A stretch of DNA of 64,000 nt, taken from an uncultured Candidatus Rokubacteria bacterium. GTDB lineage: Bacteria; Methylomirabilota; Methylomirabilia; Rokubacteriales; CSP1-6. A program made the translations under genes and the position numbers. Below are positions 46,385-58,334 of the stretch, in pieces (position 1 is the stretch's first letter; every line of letters begins with the position of its first letter). The stretch covers positions 256,001-320,000 of the forward strand of contig CAVYTA010000007.1 of assembly GCA_963771355.1 (NCBI GenBank), given 5' to 3'. The notes under the pieces were generated by a model. The model worked only from the letters and a program-made list of their open reading frames with translations, ran no database searches and was not told the DNA's origin.

Positions 46385-47365
46385 GAGGCCGCCCGCTCGC
46401 CCTCGCCTGGGTCGCGCTGGCGGTCGTCCTCGTGGTCCTCATCGGGGTGGCGCTCACGCAGTGGCGCTCGCTGGCCAGCCGCGGCCAGCGCGCATCGACC
46501 GAGCGGGTCCTCCTCGCCAATGAGATCCGGGCGAAGGAAGACCAGATCGTCACCTTGATGCGCGCCAACGTGGGATTGCTCCAGGAGATGCAGTGGACGT
46601 CGGCGGGCGGCGACCCGGCCGCCTTTCTCACCCGGCTGGCCGACCTCGCGCGCGAGAAGCGCATGAAGGTGATCGGCATCGGTCCCCTCGAGCGGTCCGC
46701 CACCGCGCAGTTCAACAAGTCGTGGCACACCATCCAGGTCGTGGGCCCCTACCGCGAGCTGCGCGACCTCGCCGGGCGCGTGGAGACGGAGAAGGGCATC
46801 CTCGAGGACGTCACGGTGACGGCGATCAAGGATGGAGGCCGCCTGGGCGCGTCGCGGGCGGACGAGATCGAGGCTCGCTTCAAGATGACCGCGCTCGAGC
46901 TGACGCCGGACGCGCGCAAGGTGTTCGAGCGCGCGATGGCGGCGAGTGGCGGGGCGGCCGCGGGCGCGACCGCCCCGTCGCTGGCGCTGCCCCTGCCGGC
47001 GGCGCCGGCGGAGGTCGGGAGCGATGCGCGCGATCCCTTCGCCATGACTACGGCGATGCGCCGTCCGGCGCCGCCGGCAGGGGGCCGCCCGGCCGGCCGG
47101 CCCCTCCGCGGCCGGCCCCTCTCCGGCGGGGCCGGCCAGCGAGCCGCGCCCGGTGGGGTTCGAGCTGAAGGGGATCGTGGCCTTTCCCGGCGGCTATCTC
47201 GCCATCGTGAACAATCAGATCGTCAAGACCGGCGACACGGTCCTGGGCCACCGCGTCGAGCGGATCGCCGAGGACATGGTCGTCTTTCGCGAACCGGGCG
47301 GCGGCACCCGACAGGTGACCCTTCCCGGCCTGACCGAGGGGCCCCCCGGCGGGCCGAGGAGGTGA
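46381..47365 (+). CDS. PilO-like plus PilP/MshK-like fusion interrupted by an apparent +1 frameshift near 47080-47084
   Basis: TM, coiled coil, V.GPY.EL; RDPF; C-terminal ELKGIV..AIVNNQIVKTGD in the +1 frame. Confidence 0.65.
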
Positions 47366-47373
47366 GGGACGCC

Positions 47374-49053
47374 ATGCAGGTCCGCATCCGTCGACTGGTG
47401 GGATTGCTCGTTCTCGCCCTGCTGGCGCTGCCCGCCGCCGCCCTCGCCCAGGGGCCGTGCGCCGATCGGCTGCCGACCGAGCGCATCACGCTCAACCTGC
47501 GCGATGCCAACGTCCAGACCACGCTGCGCCTCCTCGCCCAGCAGTACCGCGTCAACATGGTCGTCACCGACGAGGTGAAGGGCACCATCACGCTCGACTT
47601 CTACCAGGTGCCCGCGCGTGACATCTTCCAGGTGGTGATCGACGCCGCCAATCTCCAGTGCGTGGAGGTCGGCGGCGTGCTGCGCGTGTCGAGCTTCTCC
47701 CGCCTCCGCGCGGAGGACGAGGAGCGGCGTAACGCGGCCGCGGAGCGCGGGCGGCGAGAGGCGGAGGCGGCCAAGAAGCAGGTGGAGGCCGACCGCGACC
47801 GGGACGACTTCGAGAAGGTGAAGGCGCGCGGCGCGGTCAAGGAGAAAACTATCCGCCTCTCCTACGCGAATGCGGAGGAGGTGGCCAAGACCATCCTCGG
47901 CATCCTCGGCCTGCCGCCGGAAGGTGCGCTGCCGCCCGCGGCGCCCATTCCCGGCGCGTACCTGCCGCCGCCCCCCATCAATATCCCGTCCACGCCGCCG
48001 CCCCCGCCCACCTCGCCCTTCGCGTCCACCGCCCTGGTCTCGCTCCCGGCCGAGGCCCTGGCCAAGGGGCTCACCGTGCGGGCCTACAAGCCCACCAATT
48101 CGGTGTTCATCCGCTACTACGAGCACGACCTCGAGCGGATCGAGAAGCTGATCAAGGAGCAGCTCGACATCCCGCTGCCCCAGGTGCAGATCGCCGCCAC
48201 CATGGTCATCACCACCCAGAACGCGCTGGAGCAGCTGGGCGTGCAATGGGGCGGCGCGGCCATCGGGAAGACGGCCGACGGCCGGGGACCCGCGGTGGTG
48301 GGCTCCGGCTTCGCCACCCCGCGCACCACCGGGACCGCGGGAACCGGCGTGGTGAACGGCCCCTTCAGCCCCAACACCAACTTCACCGGCTCCGATCTCC
48401 TGCCGGTGGCGCCCTCCACCGGGCTGCCCCTCGGCCAGAACCTCGTCAACCTCCCCACCTCGTTCCTGCCCACCCTGGCCAACCCCGCGATGGGAGTGCT
48501 CTTCGGCCTGGTGGGCGCGAACTACAACGTGAGCCTCGCCATCCAGGCCCTCGAGCTGCAGGGGAAGGCCCGGAAGATCTCGGAGCCCAAGATCGTCACG
48601 GTGGAGAACGCCACCGCCGAGATCTCCCGCGGATTCGAGGTGCCGTTCACGAGCTCCCCCACCGCGGACGTCTCCAACGTGCAGTTCAAGGACGCCCTGC
48701 TGCGATTGCAGGTGACGCCCAACGTGATCTACGCCGACGGCGTGACCAAGATCCGCATGAAGATCCTCGTGGAGAACAACGAGCCGGACTTCACGCGGTC
48801 CATCAGCGGCAACCCGCCCATCTTCAAGCGGCGGACCGAGACGGAGGTGGTGGTGCAGGAGGGCGAGAAGCTGGTGATCGGCGGCGTCATGCTCGACAAC
48901 TCGTCCAAGACCATCCGCAGCGTGCCGGTGCTGAGCAGGATCCCCATTTTCGGCTGGCTGTTCAAGTCCCGCGAGCTCAACTCCGACGGCGAGGAGCTGG
49001 TGGTCGTGCTGACGCCTTCGGTGGTCTCCTCCGGCCAGACGGCGGGGAGGTAG
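47374..49053 (+). CDS. pilQ: secretin (PilQ/MshL-like), no AMIN domains
   Basis: signal peptide; ITLNLRDA, LSYANAEEV, LDIPLPQVQI, VPVLSRIPIFGWLFKS. Confidence 0.88.
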   Translation: MQVRIRRLVGLLVLALLALPAAALAQGPCADRLPTERITLNLRDANVQTTLRLLAQQYRVNMVVTDEVKGTITLDFYQVPARDIFQVVIDAANLQCVEVGGVLRVSSFSRLRAEDEERRNAAAERGRREAEAAKKQVEADRDRDDFEKVKARGAVKEKTIRLSYANAEEVAKTILGILGLPPEGALPPAAPIPGAYLPPPPINIPSTPPPPPTSPFASTALVSLPAEALAKGLTVRAYKPTNSVFIRYYEHDLERIEKLIKEQLDIPLPQVQIAATMVITTQNALEQLGVQWGGAAIGKTADGRGPAVVGSGFATPRTTGTAGTGVVNGPFSPNTNFTGSDLLPVAPSTGLPLGQNLVNLPTSFLPTLANPAMGVLFGLVGANYNVSLAIQALELQGKARKISEPKIVTVENATAEISRGFEVPFTSSPTADVSNVQFKDALLRLQVTPNVIYADGVTKIRMKILVENNEPDFTRSISGNPPIFKRRTETEVVVQEGEKLVIGGVMLDNSSKTIRSVPVLSRIPIFGWLFKSRELNSDGEELVVVLTPSVVSSGQTAGR

Positions 49054-49057
49054 CGCG

Positions 49058-50791
49058 ATGTACGAAGCCTTCTTCAGCCTCGACGACTCGCCCTTCGTCC
49101 TCACGCCCGATCCTCGGTTCCTGCTCCGCTCGAAGAGCCATCACGAGATCCTCTCCACCCTCCTCTACGGGATCACCAGCCAGAAGGGCCTGATCGCCCT
49201 CATCGGCGACGTGGGGACCGGGAAGACCACGCTGTGCCGGGCCCTGCTGCGCGAGCTGCCCGGCGAGGTGCAGAGCGCGCTGGTCCTCAACCCGCACCTC
49301 TCGGAGGCCGAGCTGGTGGGGACCATCCTCGACGACCTCGGGATCGAGCGGCGCGGATCCACCAAGGGTGAGCTCATGACCACCCTGAACCAGCACCTCC
49401 TCGCCGCGGGGGCGGACGGCAAGACGGTGGTGGTCGTCCTCGACGAGGCCCAGCAGATGACCGACGAGGCCCTCGAGCAGATCCGCATCCTCTCCACGCT
49501 GGAGACGGCCACCCGCAAGCTGCTCCAGATCGTGCTCGCCGGGCAACCGGAGCTGGAGGAAAAGCTCCAGCGTCGCGAGCTGCGGCAGCTCGACCAGCGG
49601 ATCGGCATCCGCTGCTACCTCGAGCCCCTGAGCCGGAAGGATACGTATCGCTACATCGAGCACCGGCTGCGCGTCGCCGGACTCCCCGGCTCGGTGCCCT
49701 TCACCCGCGCGGCGATGGCGCGCATCTTCCACTACAGCGGGGGCGTGCCCCGCGTCATCAACCTCGTGTGCGACCGGGCCCTCATGGCCGCCTTCGGCGC
49801 GCGCGCGCGCGAGATCACGCCGGCCATGGTGCGTACGGCGGCGCGGAACCTGGAGGGGCGGAGCGGGGGGCGGCGACGACGGGCCCGCGTTCCCCAGCGG
49901 CCCATCCTTCGCCGGCTCGCGACGGCGGCGGGGCTCACCGGGCTCGTGGTCCTGGGCGGTGCGGCGGCCGGCTCGCAGCTCTCGGGCTGGACCCTGCCGT
50001 CGCTGCGGCTGGGCGCCGCCGACTCCACGGCGTCGGCGCCGCCGTCCCCGTCCGCTCCCGTCGCGCTCGCCGCGCTGGTGCCGGTGACGACCGCACCCGC
50101 AGCTCCCCTCCTGCCCGCGTCCCCGGTACCGGTCTCGCCGCCGGAGGCGACGTCACCGGCGGAGCCGGCGCGGAGCCTCCTCGCGCGGCTGCTGCGCCTC
50201 TGGGGCGTGAGCGACGAGCTCGGCGCGCCCGTCGTCGCCGCGTGGCCGGTGGACGCGGGCGGAGGGCCGGACATCGCGGCGGTGGCCGGGCGCTATCACC
50301 TCACCGCCACCGTGCTCCGCGACGTCTCCGTGAGCGACCTGCGCGCGGTGGGCTTGCCCGCGATCGTCGAGCTCGGCGAGCGCGGCGCCGTGCGCCCGTA
50401 TCTCGTACGCCGGCTCGAGCGGGACGCCGCCACCCTCATCGCCCCGACGGGTGAGGAGTCGCGAGTGCCCCTCGAGCGACTGGAGGCGGCGTGGACCCGC
50501 TCCGCCTGGGTGCTCTGGCGGAACGTCGATCTGCTGCCCGTCGATCCCGCCGAGGCGATGTCGCCCACGGTGGTGGCCACGGTGGCGCTGCGCCTTGCCA
50601 AGCTCGGGCATCTCACGGGGGCGCTGTCCACCGTCCCCGATGGGCGCTTCCAGGCGGCGGTGCGCAGCTTCCAGCGCGCGGCCGGCCTCCAGGAGGATGG
50701 CGTGGTGGGGCCGCGCACGACCCTGGCCCTCGCCCGCGCCACCACGGCGCCGTTCGGGCCCAGTCTCATCGATCGCCGGCCATCCGGATGA
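49058..50791 (+). CDS. ExeA/GspA/MshM-like ATPase with C-terminal peptidoglycan-binding domain
   Basis: PFVLTPDPRF, GDVGTGKTT, DEAQ, GQPEL, GVPRVIN; AVRSFQ...DGVVGPRT. Confidence 0.9.
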   Translation: MYEAFFSLDDSPFVLTPDPRFLLRSKSHHEILSTLLYGITSQKGLIALIGDVGTGKTTLCRALLRELPGEVQSALVLNPHLSEAELVGTILDDLGIERRGSTKGELMTTLNQHLLAAGADGKTVVVVLDEAQQMTDEALEQIRILSTLETATRKLLQIVLAGQPELEEKLQRRELRQLDQRIGIRCYLEPLSRKDTYRYIEHRLRVAGLPGSVPFTRAAMARIFHYSGGVPRVINLVCDRALMAAFGARAREITPAMVRTAARNLEGRSGGRRRRARVPQRPILRRLATAAGLTGLVVLGGAAAGSQLSGWTLPSLRLGAADSTASAPPSPSAPVALAALVPVTTAPAAPLLPASPVPVSPPEATSPAEPARSLLARLLRLWGVSDELGAPVVAAWPVDAGGGPDIAAVAGRYHLTATVLRDVSVSDLRAVGLPAIVELGERGAVRPYLVRRLERDAATLIAPTGEESRVPLERLEAAWTRSAWVLWRNVDLLPVDPAEAMSPTVVATVALRLAKLGHLTGALSTVPDGRFQAAVRSFQRAAGLQEDGVVGPRTTLALARATTAPFGPSLIDRRPSG

Positions 50792-50801
50792 GGCGCCGCG
50801 C

Positions 50802-51449
50802 GTGAGCCGGCTCTTCGACAGGCTCGCCGGGCTCGACCGGGGCCGCGCGCGCCCGGCGGGAATGGGTAACCTCTCGATTCTAGAGCCGTCCCGGGGACGC
50901 AGAGGGTCATGGCGTCTGATCGGCTCTTTGGTTATCCTACTGTGTATGGTCGCCGTCCTGGCTGCGGTGTCGGCTCGCCTTCTGAACCCGGCGGCCGTAC
51001 CGGCCAGCCCCGTCCCCCCCGCCCCCTCCGTGCCGGTCTCCGAAACCGAGAGCCCCGTGGAACCGCTGCGCGCCTCCGTCTCCCCGCTGCTCGCCCAGGG
51101 CCTCGAGGCAGCGCAGCGAGGCGAGCTGGCCGATGCCGAGGGCTATTTCCGCCGGGCGGTGGCGCAGGACGCGGGAGACGCGGAGGCGTGGAACAGCCTC
51201 GGGGTGGTGCTCGTTCGCCAGGGGGAGCAAGCGCAGGGGGTGGAGGCGCTGCGGAAGGCCCTGCGGATGCAGCCGTCGCACATCGAGGCGCATCGGAATC
51301 TCGGCGTGGCGCTCGATCGACAGGGCCGGGCGGGAGAGGCCGCGGAGCACTACCGCTTCTTCCTCTCGCTCACCACCGATGCCCATCCCGGCCGCGGCGA
51401 CGTGCGCCGCCGGCTCCTCGAGCTGGGCTCGGTCCGCACCGGCGTATGA
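50802..51449 (+). CDS. TM plus TPR protein (ExeB/MshN-like)
   Basis: SRLFDRL N-terminus, TM, Pro-rich linker, AWNSLG/AHRNLG TPRs. Confidence 0.7.
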   Translation: MSRLFDRLAGLDRGRARPAGMGNLSILEPSRGRRGSWRLIGSLVILLCMVAVLAAVSARLLNPAAVPASPVPPAPSVPVSETESPVEPLRASVSPLLAQGLEAAQRGELADAEGYFRRAVAQDAGDAEAWNSLGVVLVRQGEQAQGVEALRKALRMQPSHIEAHRNLGVALDRQGRAGEAAEHYRFFLSLTTDAHPGRGDVRRRLLELGSVRTGV

Positions 51450-53176
51450 GCCTGGCCCCCGAACGCCGGGGCTGGATCACGCTGGGCCAGATGCTGGTCC
51501 AGGACGGAATCCTGACCGACCAGCAGGTCTCCGCCGCGCTCGAGCGGCAGCGGAAGAGCAAGGAGCGGCTCGGACAGGTCCTCATCGAGATGCGCCTCAT
51601 CGACGAGGAGGTCCTCCTCAAGTATCTCGGCGCCCAGTTCCGCAAGGAGCCGATCACCCGGCAGGAGCTCGCCGCCCTCGACCTGGACGTGGTGAAGCTC
51701 ATTCCCGAGGAAGTGGCGCGCCAGCACCGCGTGATCGCCGCCGAGCGCAACGGGCGCCGCCTCATCGTCGCCACCGCCGACCCGCTCAACGTGGTGGCCA
51801 TCGACGATCTCCGTCGCGCCACCGGCCTGGAGATCGACTTCCGTATCGGGCCCGGCAGCGCCATCCAGGAGGCCATCGAGCGCACCTACCGCCGGATGAT
51901 CTCCACCGAGGGCATCGACGAGGCGCTCCGCCAGGACCTGGGCCTCTCGGTGGGGCTCGCGGCCGCCGCCGAGGAGGCGGTGGACATCAAGCAGCTCCGC
52001 ACCCAGGCCGACGACCCGCCGGTGGTCAAGGTCGTGAACTACGTGCTGGGCCGGGCCGCCAGCGACACCGCCTCCGACATCCACGTGGAGCCCCACGAGG
52101 ATCGCACGCGCGTCCGCTATCGCGTCGACGGGCTACTCTTCGATCTCCTGGAGGTCCCGCGCGCGCTGCACCTGGCGGTGGTGTCGCGGCTCAAGATCAT
52201 CTCCCGGCTCGACATCGCCGAGCGGCGGCTACCCCAGGACGGCAGCTTCGCCTCCAAGATCCACGGCCGTGAGATCGACTTCCGCGTCTCCACGCTGCCC
52301 ACCATCTACGGCGAGAAGGTGGTGCTCCGGCTCCTGGAGAAGGAGGCGGTGGTCCAGCACTACACGCTGGAGAACCTGGGCTTCGAGCCGGACCAGCTCG
52401 ATTACTTCATGAAAGGCATCCGGCGGCCGTGGGGCATGGTGCTCCTCACCGGGCCCACCGGCAGCGGCAAGTCCACCACCCTGCACACCGCGATCAAGGC
52501 GATCAAGTCCCCCCGCAAGAACATCATCACCGTCGAGGACCCGGTGGAGTACCGGCAGCCGGGCATCCAGCAGGTGCAGGTCAAGACCGACATCGGCTTC
52601 GACTTCGCGCGGTCGCTCCGGTCCATCTTGCGGCAGGACCCCGACATCATCATGATCGGCGAGGTTCGCGACCAGGAGACGGCGCAGATCGCGGTGCGGG
52701 CGGCGCTCACCGGCCACCTCGTGCTCACGACCTTGCACACCAACGACGCGGTCTCCACCGTCACCCGCCTGATCAATATCGGCGTGGAGCCCTTCCTCGT
52801 CGCCACCGCGGTCAACGTGGCGGCGGCGCAGCGGCTGGTCCGGAAGATCTGTGCGGCCTGCAAGGAGGCCTACCGGCCCTCGGCCGAGGAAGCGGCCCTC
52901 TTCGGCCGTGACCCGGTCCCCGAGGTGCTCTACCGCGGGCGGGGCTGCAAGGCCTGCCGCAACATGGGGTTCTCGGGCCGCATGGCGCTCTACGAGGTGT
53001 TCTGGCTCAATGCCGCCGTCCGGCGCATGGTGCTCGACGGCGTCGACGGCGATACCCTTCGCCGCCACGCGATCGAAGGCGGCATGGTGACGCTCCGCCA
53101 GGCGGGATTCCGCCGGGCCGTCCAGGGGCACACGACGATCGAGGAGATCCTGGCCGTCGTGGCGGACCAGGAGTAG
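51446..53176 (+). CDS. pilB: pilus extension ATPase PilB/MshE with MshEN-like N-terminus
   Basis: DIAERRLPQDG, GPTGSGKSTT, LRQDPD, CxxC..CxxC. Confidence 0.92.
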   Translation: MSLAPERRGWITLGQMLVQDGILTDQQVSAALERQRKSKERLGQVLIEMRLIDEEVLLKYLGAQFRKEPITRQELAALDLDVVKLIPEEVARQHRVIAAERNGRRLIVATADPLNVVAIDDLRRATGLEIDFRIGPGSAIQEAIERTYRRMISTEGIDEALRQDLGLSVGLAAAAEEAVDIKQLRTQADDPPVVKVVNYVLGRAASDTASDIHVEPHEDRTRVRYRVDGLLFDLLEVPRALHLAVVSRLKIISRLDIAERRLPQDGSFASKIHGREIDFRVSTLPTIYGEKVVLRLLEKEAVVQHYTLENLGFEPDQLDYFMKGIRRPWGMVLLTGPTGSGKSTTLHTAIKAIKSPRKNIITVEDPVEYRQPGIQQVQVKTDIGFDFARSLRSILRQDPDIIMIGEVRDQETAQIAVRAALTGHLVLTTLHTNDAVSTVTRLINIGVEPFLVATAVNVAAAQRLVRKICAACKEAYRPSAEEAALFGRDPVPEVLYRGRGCKACRNMGFSGRMALYEVFWLNAAVRRMVLDGVDGDTLRRHAIEGGMVTLRQAGFRRAVQGHTTIEEILAVVADQE

Positions 53177-53180
53177 GGCG

Positions 53181-54443
53181 ATGCCCGTGTTCGAGTACGA
53201 GGTGGCGGACAGCGCGGGCGCGCTCTCGCGCGGCCGCGAGCAGGCGGAGAACGCGGGGGACCTCATCCACCGCTTTCGCGAGCAGGGGCGCTTCGTGCTG
53301 GCCATCCGTCCCACCTCCGGAGAGGGGGCCTTCGGCCGCGCCGCCTCGCTCGCCCTCGGCGAGTCCTTCCGCACCACCCTCCGGCGCCTGTCGAGCGGGG
53401 TGGGGCTGCCCACCATCGTCCTCTTCACCGGACAGCTCGCGGCCATGCTGGGCGGCGGCCTCCACCTCGTGCGCATCCTCACCTCGCTGGCGGCGGAGAC
53501 CACCAACGAGAAGTTCCGCAAGGTTCTCGCGGGCGTGCGCGACTCGATCACTTCGGGGTCGAGCTTCGCCGACGCGCTGGCCCTGCACCCGCACATCTTC
53601 GACCGCCTCTTCGTCGCGGTGGTGCGGGCGGGGGAGCTCTCCGGCTCGCTCCCGGTGGTGCTGGACACCCTCACCGTGTACCTCGAAAAAACGGCGAACC
53701 TCCGCCGTAAGGTCCGGGGCGCGATCGCGTATCCGGTGGTGATCCTCACCGTGGCCCTGGGCGTGGTCTTCATCATGGTCGTCAAGATCGTGCCCATCTT
53801 CGAGAACGTCTACGCGCGCGCCAACGCGGTGTTGCCGGCCCCCACGCGAACGCTCATCTGGGTGAGCGGCCTCGTCCGCGAGTACACGCTCCTGGTGTTC
53901 CTGGCCATCGTCCTCGGCCTCGTCGGCTTCTACTTCGCGCTGCAGACGGACGCGGGCCGCCGCCTCTTCGACCGCGGCAAGCTCTCGGTGCCGATGTTCG
54001 GGGGGCTCGTCCGCAAGGCCATCATGGCGCGGGTGTGCCGCACGCTCGGCGTGCTGCTCAACAGCGGCATCCCGCTCATCGAGGCCATGGAGACGGTATC
54101 CAAGGTGGCGGGCAACCGCATCATCGAGAACGCCCTCGTCACCGCCACGCAGCGGATGCGCGACGGCGGGACCATCGCCGCCACCCTGCGCGAGACCGGC
54201 CAGTTCCCGAGCATGGTCGTCCAGCTCGTGGCCACCGGCGAGGAGAGCGGCACGCTGCCGGCCATGCTCGGCAAGGCGGCGCTCTACTACGAGCAGCAGG
54301 TGGACAATGCGGTGGCCACGCTTTCCACCCTCATCGAGCCGGTGATGATCGTCGTGATGGGCGCCATCGCGGGCAGCATCATCTTCGCCCTGTACCTGCC
54401 CATCTTCACCCTCGGCCAGGCCCTCCGGGGCGGGGTGAGGTAG
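53181..54443 (+). CDS. pilC: inner-membrane platform protein PilC/GspF
   Basis: AGELSG, AIAYP, GEESG, LIEP, LYLPIF. Confidence 0.92.
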   Translation: MPVFEYEVADSAGALSRGREQAENAGDLIHRFREQGRFVLAIRPTSGEGAFGRAASLALGESFRTTLRRLSSGVGLPTIVLFTGQLAAMLGGGLHLVRILTSLAAETTNEKFRKVLAGVRDSITSGSSFADALALHPHIFDRLFVAVVRAGELSGSLPVVLDTLTVYLEKTANLRRKVRGAIAYPVVILTVALGVVFIMVVKIVPIFENVYARANAVLPAPTRTLIWVSGLVREYTLLVFLAIVLGLVGFYFALQTDAGRRLFDRGKLSVPMFGGLVRKAIMARVCRTLGVLLNSGIPLIEAMETVSKVAGNRIIENALVTATQRMRDGGTIAATLRETGQFPSMVVQLVATGEESGTLPAMLGKAALYYEQQVDNAVATLSTLIEPVMIVVMGAIAGSIIFALYLPIFTLGQALRGGVR

Positions 54444-54450
54444 GGAGGGC

Positions 54451-55911
54451 ATGGCGGCCTTCGATCCGTTCCGGCCGATGCGCGGCAGCTCGGCGCGGCT
54501 CTACGTCGTGATGCCGCTGCTCATGGCGGCGGCGGCGGCCGCGTCCGGTCTCTACGTGCTCTTCCTGGCGCGCCCGTTCATCAACAGCCTCAACGCCCAG
54601 CTCGCCGAGCGCGCGGCGGCGTGGCTCTTCTTCGGCACCGCGGCGGCGGGCAGCCTGGGCGCGCTGGCCGGCCTCGTCATCGGGCTCCGGGTGGCCGGGC
54701 GCATCCGCGGCATCACCCAGCGCGCGGAGGCGCTCACCGCCCGCGTGGACGACGGACCGGTCCCGTCCCGGCCCGCCGACGAGATCGGCGCTCTGGATGC
54801 CGCCGTCGGCCGGCTCACGCTCTCCATGGACCGCTTCATCCGCGACAGCGATATCCTCGCCCGGCTTCCCGAAGGCATGCTCCTCATGGGGCCGGGCGGC
54901 GACCTCCTCTCGTTCAACACCACCGCGGAGGTCGTTCTGGAATCCGCGCTGGAGCCGTTCCGCGGGGCTCCGCTGCTGTCCCCGCGCGGCCTCTTTCCGG
55001 TGGCGAACGGCAACGGCCAGCTCGCGCGCCTCCTCGACGACGCGCTGCTCGAGGAGCGCTCGCTGCACGTGGGCGAGGTGCACGTGTCGCCGGCCTCGGG
55101 CCGGGAGTTCGTGCTCGAGGTGACGGTGCAGCACCGCGAGTGGCGCCGCGACTCCACCGCGCTGATTCTTCTCTTTCGCGACGCCTCCGAGAAGCGGCGC
55201 ATCCGCGAGGAGATCCGCCGCGCGGACCAGCTCGCCTTCCTCGGCGGCATGGCCGCTCGGGTGGCGCACGAGATCCGGACCCCCATGGCCACCGTGCGGG
55301 GGCTGGTGGAGCTGCTCCAGTCGGACCTCCCCCAGGGGGACAGCACTCGCCGGGAGTACATCGACCGGGTGCTGCAGGCGGTGGACCGGCAGGATCGGCT
55401 CGTGGAAGACATGCTGACCCTGTCCCATCCCGAGCCCGAGAGCCTGGCGCCGGTGAACCTGCGTGAGCTGGTGGACGAGATCGTCCGCGACATGCCGAAG
55501 GACCCGCGCCTGCGCGTGCAGGGCCCGGCCGCGAGCGCGATCCCCGCCATCCCCGGCGACGCCTTCCGACTGCACGAGGTGTTCAACAACCTCATCCGGA
55601 ACGCGGTGGAGGCCACGCCGCCCAGCGGCGTGGTGGACGTGCGGGTGGAGGCGCCCGGGCGCGGGCTGGTGCGGGTCGTGGTCCGGAACACCGGCGGCGG
55701 CGTCCCCGTGGAGCTCCGGGAGCGGATCTTCCAGCCCTTCTTCACCACCAAGGTCAAGGGCACCGGGCTGGGGCTGGCCATCGCCAAGCACATCGTGGAC
55801 GCGCACCGCGGCACCCTCCGCGTGGAGAGCGACGGCAGCACCGAGACGCTCTTCGTGGTGGAGCTGCCGACAACGCAGCCCGCTTCCCCGTCGTCCGTAG
55901 TAAAGTCATGA
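54451..55911 (+). CDS. sensor histidine kinase (TM-HAMP-PAS), PilS-like by context
   Basis: AHEIRTP, NLIRNA, PFFTTK, GTGLGL. Confidence 0.88.
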   Translation: MAAFDPFRPMRGSSARLYVVMPLLMAAAAAASGLYVLFLARPFINSLNAQLAERAAAWLFFGTAAAGSLGALAGLVIGLRVAGRIRGITQRAEALTARVDDGPVPSRPADEIGALDAAVGRLTLSMDRFIRDSDILARLPEGMLLMGPGGDLLSFNTTAEVVLESALEPFRGAPLLSPRGLFPVANGNGQLARLLDDALLEERSLHVGEVHVSPASGREFVLEVTVQHREWRRDSTALILLFRDASEKRRIREEIRRADQLAFLGGMAARVAHEIRTPMATVRGLVELLQSDLPQGDSTRREYIDRVLQAVDRQDRLVEDMLTLSHPEPESLAPVNLRELVDEIVRDMPKDPRLRVQGPAASAIPAIPGDAFRLHEVFNNLIRNAVEATPPSGVVDVRVEAPGRGLVRVVVRNTGGGVPVELRERIFQPFFTTKVKGTGLGLAIAKHIVDAHRGTLRVESDGSTETLFVVELPTTQPASPSSVVKS

Positions 55912-55938
55912 TCGGGCTCGAAAGAAAGGTGAGGTCCC

Positions 55939-57312
<1,374 letters not shown>

Positions 57313-57339
57313 GCGGACCCGTTGGCCCAAGTCCCCCCC

Positions 57340-58203
57340 ATGACCGTCCGTAAAGCCGTCTTTCCCGCCGCCGGGCTCGGCACCCGGTTCCTCCCCGCCA
57401 CCAAGGCGCAGCCGAAGGAGATGCTGCCCCTGGTGGACAAGCCCACCATCCAGTACGTGGTGGAGGAGGCGGTGGCGTCGGGGCTCAACGAGCTGGTGCT
57501 GGTCACCGGCCGCAACAAGCGCGCCATCGAGGACCACTTCGACGCCGCCTTCGAGCTCGAGTACTACCTGCAGGACCGCGGCAAGACCGAGGAGCTCGCC
57601 CAGATCAAGACCATCTCGGAGCTGGCCACCGTCTCCTACGTCCGCCAGAAGGAGCCCCTCGGGCTCGGGCACGCCATCCTCTGCGCGCGCACCCTGGTGG
57701 GCGACGAGCCGTTCGGAGTCTTCCTCGGCGACGACATCATCGTGTCCCGCACCCCGTGCATGCGCCAGCTCCTGGACGTCTACGCGCGCTACCAGGGCCC
57801 CGTGGTCGCGGTCATGCGCATCCCGGGGCCGGACATCGGCCGCTACGGGGTGATCGTGCCCAAGCCCCTCGGCGGCAATGTCTACGAGGTGCTCGACATG
57901 GTGGAGAAGCCCGCGCCCGCGGACGCGCCGTCGGACCTGGCCATCATCGGACGCTATGTCCTCACGCCGGATCTCTTTCCCATCCTTGCCGAGACGCCGC
58001 CGGACTCGCGGGGCGAGGTCCAGCTCACCAACGGCCTCCGCACCCTGCAGCAGCGGCGCCCCATCTACGCGGTGGAATTCGAGGGGACCCGCTACGACAC
58101 CGGCGACAAGCTCGGCTTCCTCAAGGCCACCGTGGCCTTCGCCCTGGCGCGGCCCGATCTCGCCGACGATTTCCGGGCCTACCTCAAGGGCCTGGGCTTG
58201 TAG
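57340..58203 (+). CDS. galU: UTP-glucose-1-phosphate uridylyltransferase
   Basis: PAAGLGTRFLPATKAQPKEMLP, LGLGHA, VEKP. Confidence 0.95.
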   Translation: MTVRKAVFPAAGLGTRFLPATKAQPKEMLPLVDKPTIQYVVEEAVASGLNELVLVTGRNKRAIEDHFDAAFELEYYLQDRGKTEELAQIKTISELATVSYVRQKEPLGLGHAILCARTLVGDEPFGVFLGDDIIVSRTPCMRQLLDVYARYQGPVVAVMRIPGPDIGRYGVIVPKPLGGNVYEVLDMVEKPAPADAPSDLAIIGRYVLTPDLFPILAETPPDSRGEVQLTNGLRTLQQRRPIYAVEFEGTRYDTGDKLGFLKATVAFALARPDLADDFRAYLKGLGL

Positions 58204-58334
58204 GGACGAGGAAGTGCTTAGATGACGCGGAGTTCGCGCTCAATTCACCGGCCGGGTGGTTTGACTTCCCCCGGGCTTTCTGGGAAAATTCGCGCATCCG
58301 GAAGGGGTCCGGCCGGGCCGGCCTCCTGAATCCA

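Noticed and set aside
46381..49053. 890-aa PilO-secretin fusion ORF
   Set aside because: The junction is off-frame Arg/Gly-rich text; the secretin has its own ATG and signal peptide at 47374; a single indel explains it.
55680..55710. Histidine kinase G1 box NTGGG instead of DxGxG
   Set aside because: Asn at this position occurs in other kinases, and the H, N, F and G2 boxes are intact.
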